Part shown: piece after piece, positions 1 to 11,264 of the stretch
Layout of the letters: every line of letters begins with the position of its first letter
Position numbering within the stretch: the first letter of the stretch is position 1
Origin: Octopus sinensis
Lineage: Eukaryota
Assembly: GCF_006345805.1 (NCBI RefSeq)
Contig: NC_043012.1
Location: forward strand, 19,344,001 to 19,408,000
Direction: 5' to 3'
Length of the DNA stretch: 64,000 nucleotides
Position numbers and translations under genes: made by a program
The notes under the pieces: generated by a model
Seen by the model: only the letters and a program-made list of their open reading frames with translations
Databases searched by the model: none
Told to the model about the DNA's origin: nothing

Positions 1-39
1 AAGATGGCTCGTTTGATGTTGATGTTGTTAGACTGGCTC

Positions 40-56
40 TATTATTATTATTATTA

Positions 57-111
<55 letters not shown>
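40..111. repeat. (ATT)n microsatellite
   Basis: Near-perfect ATT run. Confidence 0.98.
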
Positions 112-117
112 GCCATT

Positions 118-317
118 AAGACGGCGAGCTGGTAGTATTTATGGACGAAATACTTAGCGGTATTTCTCCCGTCGCCTCGTTCTGAGTTCAAATTCCGCCG
201 AATTTGCCTTTAATCCTTTTGGGATCGATTAATCAAGTACCAGTAAAACACTGAGTCGATGTATTCGACTTGTCCCCTCCCCAACCATTTCATGCCTTGT
301 GCCTAAAGTACAAAGGG
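118..317 (+). mobile_element. tRNA-derived SINE, family A (my label), degenerate copy
   Basis: Head AAGACGGCGAGCTGG, B-box-like GAGTTCAAATTCC, core CCTTTTGGGATCGATTAATCAAGTACCAGT, tail GCCTTGTGCCTAAAG; homologous to many copies in the window. Confidence 0.9.
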
Positions 318-354
318 TTACTATTATTGTCGTTGTGGTTGTTTTGTTATTCTG

Positions 355-545
355 AAGGCGTCAAACTGGCAGAATCTTTAACACGCCGGAGAAAATATTG
401 AGTGACTTCTCGTTCAACACTACATTTTGAGTTCCATTTCTGCCGCGGTAGACTTTGCTTTTCATCCTTTTTGGGTCGATAAAATAAGTACCAGCTCAGC
501 ACTGATGCTGACGTAATCGACTTCTCCACATAAAATTTCAAGCCT
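355..545 (+). mobile_element. SINE family A, degenerate copy
   Basis: AAGGCGTCAAACTGGCAGAATC...GACTTTGCTTTTCATCCTTTTTGGGTCGATAAAATAAGTACCAG matches the 118-317 and 8.6-9.1 kb copies. Confidence 0.88.
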
Positions 546-2051
546 TCTGACTGAAGAAAAACAAGAAGGTCAGAAGTTGTTTAGTCGGAAAAATTCCAAG
601 TGAATTCACTTTAATTATTTATCTTTCCACTGCGGCTGATAAAATAAGCGTTGGTATAATAATGACTGCATAGAATGGACTCTATTTACGAAGTAAACAT
701 TTAATGAAAAAAAGTTTGTCTTCTAATAAATTAAAACGAGCCACCGTTTAAACAAAAAGAAAAAAAAAACGAAGAAAAACGGACTTGAATTTTTTTAAAC
801 AACACACAAAGAGAATGCCTTAATATTCACAAGTGAATTTATTGTGCATTGTTCACTAAATAAAAGAGAATGTAAACATAGACAGCAAAAAAGAGATATG
901 GATACAAATAGAGAATGGTACACAATAGGAAAATGTAGAGATAGAAATTAAATCCTTCCCAAGCATGTAATTCAGATGAAAAGTGAAATGCTTACATTGG
1001 TAATCACTAAACACACAATAGAAAAATATTTCTTGCAATCCATTGATTATTTCAATATTTGAACGGAATTTTGCAACTTAAGTGATCGGTGAAATTTTGG
1101 AGACATACCAACGAGAGATTAATTTAGCCTAAGCTCTGGGATTTATATAAAATTCTAAGAGGTTTAATTTAATTAAAAGCCAAATTATTTTGTCATTGTT
1201 TATCAACACAATCAGATTTCTCGTTGTTTCAGAAACAATGCATTTAAGTTGTGATTAAATAAAAGTATGTCTGGGGCGAACATGCCAGCAATTTTCAATT
1301 AAAATAAGATCTCAACGTACAGTTCTCCATATTTACACTTACATAAAAACAGACAGAAATATACGCACGCACATCCGGTTTTAGAATTTTGTATTATTAC
1401 GTTTTGCCATGTTACATTTTAAAAAATTTTACCTATTAATTTTCTAATACATAATTTCAAATTTTTTAAGATAAATACACTAATTCAAGTATTAGCGTCC
1501 TTATCTTAAAAGAAAATATTATATACAAATACAGCTGTTAACTAGTAATATATTATTTTACATTCTTAAAATATTTAGCACAATGGACTTCCTTGTTTAG
1601 TTTCAGTTAATCTTCATGTCCTATTCTCTAAAATTGTATTTGAAAAGATACAACAAAAATTTTAAAACGCAATTATTATTTTTGGCCAAATTCCGCAGGC
1701 TGTCATGTTCATGCGACAGTGGGTTACAAATATGGATGTAAGGCTACTGTATTTATGAAGTCAGGAACCCACCTTATCTCGATCGATATTTTTTGTTCAT
1801 GTACCAATTTTTGGTTAAATCTTGAACCATGAATATCTGTAAAGGATTTTATAACTTTTGGCAAATACGTCACAAATCAAATCAAATCAAATGCATATCC
1901 GTACAATAAGGGAAACAGGCAAACTGGCGACTTCCGTTGTCTGTTATATATTTGTGTAGTGTATTGCTCCGTGAAGGTAAGATCAACAAAAAGTCTTCCA
2001 TCTAGTGGCAGATAAATATTATTTGCTAACCACAGTATATTATTATTACTA

Positions 2052-2745
2052 TTAGCTGCTATAACTTTCATGTGATGAAAAAAACTGAGTTGTCATTTTA
2101 CAACATGTCTGGTGCCTTCATGCAATACTCAGGCTCTGTCCACGTGGACTGGGAAGCTAAAACAGGACTATAGAGTAGGAGAAATTACGGGAAGAAGTGA
2201 AAAGAAAGTAGATGTAAAAGTTGGAAGGTGGAAAACACCAGAAAACGAAAAATATAAAGAAGGGAGAAGGGAATAGTTTGGAGTCATGTCCTTTTTGACA
2301 GTAACGTTAATACGGCTAAACAGATAGACGCCTACAGTCTACTGTACCACTGCTCAATTTAGACAGGTTGGTATTTTCCAATTAACCAACCAGGATTTAT
2401 CCATTTGGAAAATTGTAAAATAAAACCTTCTCCGAATTGAACAGTTATACAGATGATTCTTGACCCGATGCAATTCAGCCTTATGACTTTATAGCCAAAG
2501 TGAACATAATTCTAATTGCTTTCCTTTTTCTTTTCTCTTTTATTCCTTTACGTTTACAGGTGTTTTCAAACATTCGCCTTTAACAACTACTTTATTCTCG
2601 CGTTTTCTACTGTTTTCTCTGATTCTACAGCCCTGTTTTAACTTGCTCTACCATGTGGGCCGTTTCTGTGGATTTTTGTGAGGGCACCAGGCGTGTTATA
2701 AATGCTGTCTGAGTTGTTTCTCTCGCATAAAAATATAAGTAGCTC
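2052..2745. repeat. Long degenerate inverted repeat (fold-back), ~340-bp arms, ~23-nt loop
   Basis: Exact complementary seeds on one anti-diagonal: 2109-2116/2683-2690, 2158-2166/2632-2640, 2231-2239/2559-2567, 2374-2381/2405-2412, with alignable sequence between them. Confidence 0.88.
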
Positions 2746-2789
2746 ATTAAAGTATGTGTTTATTATATTATGTCATATTATATTATATT

Positions 2790-2799
2790 GTACTATATC

Positions 2800-2831
<32 letters not shown>

Positions 2832-2890
2832 ATGTGTATATATATATATATTTATATTTATATTTACATTTATATTTATATATATACACA
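2790..2890. repeat. Compound (TA)n/(TG)n microsatellite
   Basis: Direct reading. Confidence 0.95.
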
Positions 2891-2924
2891 CGCATCCTTT
2901 CTACAATCATTTTTGGCGACTTGG

Positions 2925-3065
2925 CAATCACATCATTGGTACTTAATTCATCGATCCCGAAAGTATGAAGGGAAAGGTCATCCTGGTGAAATATAATTCG
3001 CGGTATAAAGACGAAAAAATGCAAAAAAGGTTTGCTCGACATTCAATTCCGCCAGTTCAACTTAT
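2925..3065 (-). mobile_element. SINE family A, degenerate
   Basis: TGGTACTTAATTCATCGATCCCGAAAGTATGAAG...TTCCGCCAGTTC is the reverse complement of the family core and head. Confidence 0.75.
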
Positions 3066-3134
3066 AAGTCAACGCTTATGAATCCCTAGGCTCAGAAATG
3101 ATGCTAATATACATAGACGTGTTCCTATCATTAA

Positions 3135-3460
3135 GTGTCCAGACTGTTGCCATAGTAACGAATCTGGAGTATGCAGAGTTACGCTGCTTAGGATAGATTG
3201 ACCTTGAACAATGCTCTCTAGGCGTACAAATTTTAACGTTCTAACTCATTTCCGCTGCTTACACCTGTGGTTGAAATGGAGGTGCGTAGCGTGTGACCGT
3301 CGCATTGACCTTGACAGGGAATGCTGAGCAGATTATCTACATCGAGTTTTGCAGCGGAAGTGAGCTAGGACGCTAAACATTAGTGCGCATGCAGAGCAGA
3401 GATTAAGGGCAACATGTACCAAGCGACTTTGCTCTTCTTTATTATGGCTACAGTGCTGAT
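3135..3460. repeat. Degenerate inverted repeat (fold-back), ~150-bp arms
   Basis: 3241-3258/3351-3368 pair 16/18 Watson-Crick; 3143-3162/3435-3454 pair 17/20; 3212-3217/3393-3398 exact; consistent centre near 3305. Confidence 0.8.
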
Positions 3461-3470
3461 CAGACCTCGT

Positions 3471-3488
3471 ATATTTATATATATATAT

Positions 3489-3555
<67 letters not shown>
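3471..3555. repeat. (TA)n microsatellite with short (CA)n
   Basis: Direct reading. Confidence 0.95.
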
Positions 3556-3560
<5 letters not shown>

Positions 3561-5274
3561 ATATGTTACAGTTATTCAATAGTCAAGATAAAACTCTGAA
3601 TTTCAGATGCCGAAGTGGAAAACCACAACACCATCTCTTCGGTTATCTGGCCATCTGAAAAACGCTATGATAAAATACCGTTATATAAAGGGAAATTCCG
3701 CTACTTATATGAATTAAGATTAAAAGTTCATAGTAAACACATAAACATGGCTACTCATACGCTCACATGTGCGCTCGCGGACCCATGTGCGTACTTATAC
3801 GTCACTATGAAAACGTACACATCTTCATTCGCAATTTTCTCCAAATGTATACGCATATATATACAAACTGATACACACACACACGTACCGTAAAAGTTCA
3901 TACATACGTCTATATACGCACAAGCACAATAAAAAACATGGTTAAAGGTAACAATACAGAAAAAGACAACAATACAGAAAATACATAAGGAAGTATACAA
4001 AGCGTAAAAACCACGTTCATATACGGACATGCCCTTATGCACTCATACACACACACGCCCATATATGTACATACCCGCACATGTTTATATACGCATACAC
4101 TCACACGCATACACAAAAAAGGAATATACATATGCCCCCAAAAAACCTAAAAAACTTGTAAAAATACTAAGTAAAAACGTCTACGTATATATGCATTCTT
4201 ATGCCCGCACCTATGCACACATCTAAAACTGTCCACTCATAAATATTCACACACGTGCACAAATGAATCTATATACACGTCTATATAGGCACAGGAAAAA
4301 ATGCAGGATGGAAGAGTACAGAAAAAATTATTACGTGTGAAAATATAAAAATATATGAAATAATAAAAGGTATAATGAGATAAAAAACTTTTTTTGACAT
4401 AAACATAGAAAGCAATTTCTATCTGTTTTCTTGAGGGGACCAAAAACGTAACAAAAATGTTATCACATGTGTGTATATATATATATATACATATAAATAT
4501 ATAAATTCACAGAGATAGTAATATAGATATAAAGACATATATATTTATATAGATAATTATATATATATATATATGCGCGTGTTTGTTTATGTATATGCAT
4601 ATACATAAGTGACCGTATATCTATTTATTTACATGTATGTCTATGTGGGCGTTCGTGTATGTATGTCTGTGTCTATGTGTGTATCTGTGTGTGTATGTGT
4701 ATTTGATTTTGTGTGTTTCAAGTTATGTTATTGGATTATTCCCGTTACTATATTTCTCATAAAATGTCTACTGTAATATCACTTTCCTGCATCTATTAGT
4801 AGCGACAGGAATTGTTAAATTCCACGAAAGAAATAACGGTTTAAAGACTCAAAGGAGGAATTTCATGTATCAATTTATGCAACATGAAACGTAATTTTCC
4901 TACTTCTAATGATACCTTACAGAGAGTAAGATAAGGAAGAAATAGTCACTCGTACAAAGAGTGAATATTTGTATAAATGAATTTGCATTTCAAACGAAAT
5001 TTTTAAAAAATTATTCCAGTAATTATAATGTAAAAAAAAAAGTACTGTCAAGAGAGTTTGAACAAAGAGAAAATCGAGGTGAGGAAAAGTAACTGTTAGC
5101 GATTATTTCTCTTCAATGTCTAGAATAAATTTTCGAATTTTCTCAAGTAACTATTCTTGCAGAGAAAGGTATTTGTTAAGAAGATGTTTGCAAATAAATA
5201 ATGATTGTGTTTTTGCGTCCGCATCTACACTAATAAAAAATAGTTTCTCTTAACAAAATAATACATTCTGAATG

Positions 5275-5367
5275 TGTGCGTGTGTGTGTGTGTGTGTGTG
5301 CGTATATGCGTGCACGTGTAAGTCTGCGTGCGTGTGTATCTGCATACTTGTTTGCGCGCTAATAAGA

Positions 5368-5411
<44 letters not shown>
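5275..5411. repeat. (TG)n microsatellite cluster
   Basis: Direct reading. Confidence 0.95.
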
Positions 5412-5414
<3 letters not shown>

Positions 5415-6104
5415 AGGGAGAGAGGGTGTGCACATATGTGTTCAAGTTCCACCGATTTTGACATTGCAATTCATCAGGTCGATTTCCATAAAACGTGATT
5501 ATTATCAATCTATTTTTATTTAACTGTTTCTCAATTCTGGGTTAACAAGTTTACATAATATTTTATTGAATCTATAAAACAAACTAATTTTTCGCAAACA
5601 ACCAAACGGTTTCAGATATATCCTAAAATTACTGTTTTCCTCCACACAAATTACATATATTGATGGGATATATTTTCCATTCCTTAGGATTACGCATTAC
5701 TTATAAAGAAACGTATGAAATCGGCAACCGAATTTTACTGTTATTCAATTGTTATTACATCATCTGTTAATTACTTTATAAATTTGTGACTGTCCATGTA
5801 GGAGGATACAGATATGATATTATCAAGTTATTTCTTTAGCTTGCAGGTAACTAAATAATTATCAATATTTTTGCATCAATATATAAACGTACAGTAATAG
5901 TCAATGGAATATGGAATCGCCTTGCCTGTGCTATGGATTCGAAGTTGAGAAATATATCTGACCTTATCAGGTTTATGACGAAAAGTGCAGGATATGGTAA
6001 TTATCAGAGCTAGATATTAAACTGATCGTTTTAGAAGTACATACACAAAAGCAAATATAGAAAATTCGATGAATGACGTTCATAATAATTTATGATTATA
6101 TTTT

Positions 6105-7125
6105 ATCTTTACAAATCAGCCTTGCCCCACCAGATATTTGAATGCAGACAGTGATATACGATATACTATATGTATGGCTAATATATGCGCATTATTTGTT
6201 CAAAGCGTTACTGCCTCATCACCAAATGGCATAGAATTTGCTTTCTATAATTGTAACATTGACTATGAGAGTGTTATCAGAGACAGTTTCTCTGAAATCC
6301 TTATACAATTGTTACCAAAACTGAGAGTATGGTGAAGTGAAACCACAAAGCGTTATGGCTATTGTTTCCTAGAAAAAAATTATTTTCTAAGTTTTATAAA
6401 CGTCCATTGATGCACACATATTCCTCATAGGTCATCCAGTCACTACTTCAGCAAATACAGTGATAATTTTGATCACCTACACAGGCTACTACGACGAAGT
6501 AGTTTAATATTGTCACTTGCATTTGTTAGAATAAGTAAACTAATACTATGCATTGATAAATATTCTCTTTAGTTTCCAATAGAATTATTTTTAATTCGCT
6601 TTTATTTGTTCAACTCCTAAAATGGCAATATTTGTGAGTATTGCAATGTATCTAAGCAATTTTGAAATACTGATCCATAAAGACAACTACTCTTACTTTC
6701 CATAGAAGCATAACTTCGCATTTCCTTGCATGAATGAATTTATGTGTAACTTTTTTTGACCTTACAAATATAGTCTTTTTCTGTGTGAATTCGGATACCT
6801 TGAAGATTCACACGCCTTCCATTTCGAAAATAGTAATGTTTAGCTTTGCGAAATTTACTGTTAAATGCTAGATTTGTATCATTATAAAGCTGCATTTGCT
6901 TTTCATAATCTGTTGAGCAGATTATATCCAATTCTGAAATACCACCTGAATATTTGCCACACAATAAACCTTAGTACCGGACCAGATTACACTAAAGAAA
7001 CTGACGGACTAGATACAGCATTTCAAAATAACATTTGTCTCTCCCATTGGCTGGTCTATGTAGTTTCTCTTTATCACATTTCGCATGAGTATCTGGGAGA
7101 ATCGAATACATGCATTTGTTACTAA
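6105..7125. repeat. Very old ~1-kb fold-back (candidate)
   Basis: More than ten short complementary matches whose coordinate sums stay at 13222-13230 over the outer ~240 bp and drift to 13269 at the centre (GCAATA 6625-6630 / TATTGC 6639-6644). Confidence 0.5.
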
Positions 7126-8588
7126 GGTGCGCTGAGGATTTAAAGAATAAACGTTTAATTTTGGAAAAAAATCTTTAACAATTGTCGTGTTTGCGCCTTT
7201 GTGTTATATATATATACATAGATAGATATATGAATTATAATAAATATTTTGAAGTAAAGAAAATAGCATATTGATTTCAGGCTTAATTTTTCGTTATCGA
7301 ATATACAGTGCGATGAGTAAAATGCTTGTATCAAACAATGAAAGGCAGTTGTAACCGTTTATGACGACAGCGTTTATATAGTTTATTGCAGTAATCGCTA
7401 GTGAAAGGAAAAACATATATAGTTTTTAAAGATGCTACTTCTATTATTCCGAATAATAAGTAATATAGGGTTATTTGAAATATATTTGCTCTGTAGAGTG
7501 AGTCACATGCAATTTCTTTTTAATACATGCGTATTAACACCACTCACGAATTCCAATATTGTGCGTGACGGACGAAATAGTTAATATCCTACTCAATGTT
7601 AATGAGAGAGTACGAATTTAAAAGTTTTAATGCATTGATTTGCACTAAGGGAACTACATACATTCCAATTTCTATAATGCAGGAATAAATATCCATTATT
7701 CTTTATCACTAATGCTGCAACAGTAAATTGTAATGTAATTGTAAGTATTCTTCACATTAGAACAGTTACCATTTATCAGTATCTTTGATTATATAGTTTC
7801 CGTGGAAATGGATATAATAACTATAAAACTTCTGCGAGTTTCTCTAATGCAATGTTAATGCAAGTCACTTTTACATGAAACCATGCAGGTTCTAGTGGTG
7901 ATGATACAATACATGCCAATTCATTACATGTAGCAGATCTAATAGTATTCCTCAAGACAAAAATATCAATGCACAGAAACAATTGTTGTGGTTTAGATAG
8001 AAGCATGTTCAATCAATCTAGTAATTAATATTTATACATACACACATATAAGCACACATGCAAACACACGCATGCGTGCGCGCACACATACATATATTAC
8101 TATTTGCTTTATTTCATATCATAGAAACAGTATACGTCTGAAGGATTAATCAAAACATTTTAGTAGAATATATCGTTATTAAAACTTTACGAAAAGAATG
8201 GTTACAGTGACTATGAATGTTCGATTTGCTAATCCTTTTCAACCTGTCTCCTACTCGGATTATTTTAGTACCTCGATATTATGGGATATTTTGAGGTTTC
8301 CGAAATGATAATTAGGCTTTGAGTAATTGGTCTGGAATGCAGATGTCTAAGAATATGTATAAGTAGGAAAAGTGGAATATATGGCTTCAGTTGTAGGTTG
8401 ACCGGAAGTTATTATTGTAAGATTTTATTGTTTTGGTTTGTAAATCGTTATGTTTAAATTCTTTCAAACGTAGCATTAACTTTCTACACTGGTGTTTCAG
8501 GTTGACTTTGTAAGATTCCTTGTATACAAGTTCGGCCTCAATAATGCTTTAGAGGTCAGAGATGAAATTTTAGAGGGAGGGTTGATAT

Positions 8589-9094
8589 TCAGAACGTAAT
8601 GGCAGGCGAAATACCTACTTTTTATTACCCACAAGGGGTTAAACACAGCGGAAACACACAAGGACAGACATACGGATTAAGTCGATTTTATCGTCCCCAG
8701 TGCGTAACTGGTACTTAATTTATCGACCCCGAAAGGATGAAAGGCAATGTCGACCTCGGTGGAATTTGAACTCAGAATGTAACGGCAGAAGAAATACCGT
8801 TAATCATTTCGCCCGGCCATGTCACCCGGCAATGTCGACCTAATTTGAAATCAGAACGTAACAGCAGACGAAATACCTATTTCTTTACTATCCACAAGTG
8901 GCTAAACACAGAGAGGACAAACAAGGACAGACAAACAGATTAAGTCGATTATATCGACCCCAGTGCGTAAGTGGTACTTAAGTTATCGACCCTGAAAGGA
9001 TGAAAAGCAAAAGCAACCTCGGTGGAATTTGAATTCAGAATGTAACGGCAGTAGAAATACCGTTAAGCATTTCGCCCGGCCAGCTCACCGTCTT
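8589..9094 (-). mobile_element. Tandem pair of SINE family A, 262-bp period
   Basis: Two near-full copies (TCAGAACGTA at 8589 and 8851), each with tail, core GTCGACCTCGGTGGAATTTGAA and head CATTTCGCCCGGCCA. Confidence 0.95.
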
Positions 9095-9236
9095 CAGTAT
9101 ATATAATATTATCACCATCATAGTTATATCATGTCAGCACTAGATTGATAAATAACGTACGCAGAAAACATCGTTATTCTTTTGATACTTAATTTACCAT
9201 CTCTTAAAGATTTAAGTATGTTATATAAGACATATG

Positions 9237-9325
9237 ATGATTCCATTGACATTTTTATGATTCCATTGATTCCATATTCCATTGACTATTATGATTATGA
9301 TGATTCCATTATGATTCTATTATGG
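9237..9325. repeat. Short ATGATTCCATT-based tandem repeat
   Basis: ATGATTCCATT at 9237, 9257 and 9300, plus partial GATTCCAT/ATTCCATT units. Confidence 0.8.
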
Positions 9326-10300
9326 TTGGTGAAACCTTATTATAATTTAAATTTAAAATTACAAATTTCAGAATGTTATTTAGTATTTCCTCTACTATCT
9401 TAACGATTTTTTAAATTTGAGTGCATTTCACCGCATTACTACAAAACACAAAAGTAATTACACAATCTATAACAATAATTGTTTAGTACTAAATTACAGG
9501 TTTGTACAGAATTATAAGCTAAATATAATATAGATAGATTTTGTTTTGCAATGTATATTCATTAATTTATGACATTCTTTATTTCAGGATCAATTTCTAT
9601 TTTATTCCTTTCATTTCTTTTCAAGAATTTCCGTTCAGTACGCAAATGGCGTTTAATCAAATACTTTTTCTAATGAAGATCAACAATGGTTGTATCAAAT
9701 TTGTAAACTTATGTACGAGAATCTACGTATTTATGTATAAATACACGCATTCATTTAATGTGGTTATGCAAATGAATTCACTTTACAATACCACAAAAAT
9801 CATAATTCTTTAAATCTCAGATTAGATTCACCTCATCGTCATCTGGAATGTCGACAGAAATTTCTACAATATATATAGCAATGTAGAGAACTAGACTCTG
9901 GATATATCCCGAAATCATCAGGCTTCACAGATTGACGAACCGAAAAACACGACAAAATTTTCAGTGACATTCATCTTGTATATTTTGAAACAAATTTGAT
10001 CATCTGTATATAGAGTATAATATTCTTAAATGCTTGGATATATAAGCATGTCATTATACATACGATGCACATATTAATATATTCGCATATATATCTATAT
10101 AAACACTTACGTTTATATATTTGTTTAAGTTCTGAAATATAACCAGGTATATGTATACATGAAATTACAGTAAACGAAATGTAGCCGTCTTTCATATGTG
10201 ACAGAGAAATAGTAACACGGACGAAATATTCTTTAATGGTTTCATGTACCTATGTAGTAGTGAACAAAACCAGAAATAACCTAAAGCTGCCCCGCACCCG

Positions 10301-10441
<141 letters not shown>

Positions 10442-10589
10442 CATATGAATGTACACGAATATAAATTGTCCGGCCTAACGGCTATTAGCCTTGTATTACT
10501 CACAAATGCTGCATGCGCAAAACTCTAGATTTCCCATTACTGTAATGTATTCATCCTAGTACTCGTACATCGATTTCATGCTCCAACTT

Positions 10590-10659
<70 letters not shown>

Positions 10660-11200
10660 CCACTTACAAAGAAGTAAATAAGGTACATTGAACATGCCTT
10701 GATGAGTAGAATATCCAACGTTTTGGATGCAAACTTCCCCAGGGGGTAGAGAAAAAAGAGAAATTGATGAAAGACGGAGATTTATACCCTCTCAGCTTGA
10801 AATACTGGTTGCAATTGATAATGGACGCAGAATAACACGGCGCACAAGAAGCAATATCACATAACACACCACTTCTGTTGTACTTCGGCGAATCTCAAAT
10901 ATTGCATTATATGCCAACCCTCTGGTGCACTTTACATTGGAGAAACAGGGCGACGATTTGGGGATCGCTTTCGCATCGTTTTGCAATGGGAATCGAAATC
11001 CGAATCGATGCAGTAAAGTCGTCCAAGGCGAAGAAGTAGAGAAAATTCATTGGGGTTATAGAAAGAGGTGTGGAGGAAGGAGTGGGAATCTATAGGTTTA
11101 TTGTAGATAGAGGCGGAGAGATGGGTATTGTGTATTTTGACGGAGATGCCCTGAAAGCAAACAGAAGAATCAGATATTGTGTTGGTGAATTCCAAGGCTG
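10660..11200 (-). mobile_element. Penelope-like element relic: RT C-terminal/thumb region joined to pLTR
   Basis: ORF 10932-11195: FTNTISDSSVCF-QGISVKI...IYNKPIDSHSFLHTS...LLRLGRLYCIDSDF resembles the PLE RT motif FT..IS..SV.FLD.SV.I...Y.KPTDSH.YL.Y.S.HP...QFLRLRRIC. The 10665-10840 part is an inverted homologue of 11725-11905. Confidence 0.85.
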
Positions 11201-11264
11201 GGTGAAAGGTGTTAACGAAAGAAATAAAGTTGTTGAGTTGTCTCTTAAAGCCTCTAGCGCCAAT

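Noticed and set aside
1074-1297. Possible decayed hairpin (CAACGAGA, AGACATAC complements)
   Set aside because: The matches fall on inconsistent diagonals; not distinguishable from AT-rich chance.
2221-2255. GGTG-GAAAA-CACC-AGAAAACG as a hammerhead relic inside the 2-kb fold-back
   Set aside because: A stem II-like element is present, but there is no CUGANGA or stem I in either arm, so PLE origin of this fold-back is not shown.
3146-3314. RFX X-box and two NR5A/ERR-type motifs as a promoter or enhancer feature
   Set aside because: Short motifs without a gene or TSS nearby; the X-box lies in a fold-back arm and is degraded in the mirror arm. Mentioned only as an alternative in the finding.
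6740-6964. 74-aa minus-strand ORF (CGKYSGGISELDII...) as a possible exon
   Set aside because: No recognisable domain, a TTG start, nearby in-frame stops upstream and no convincing splice sites; it lies in a candidate fold-back arm.
7320-7790. Possible decayed fold-back
   Set aside because: Only a few short gapped matches; at noise level.
9066-9097. Minus-strand CUGAAGA...GAAA resembling a hammerhead
   Set aside because: The intervening sequence cannot form stem II; it is a chance junction of a SINE head and its flank.
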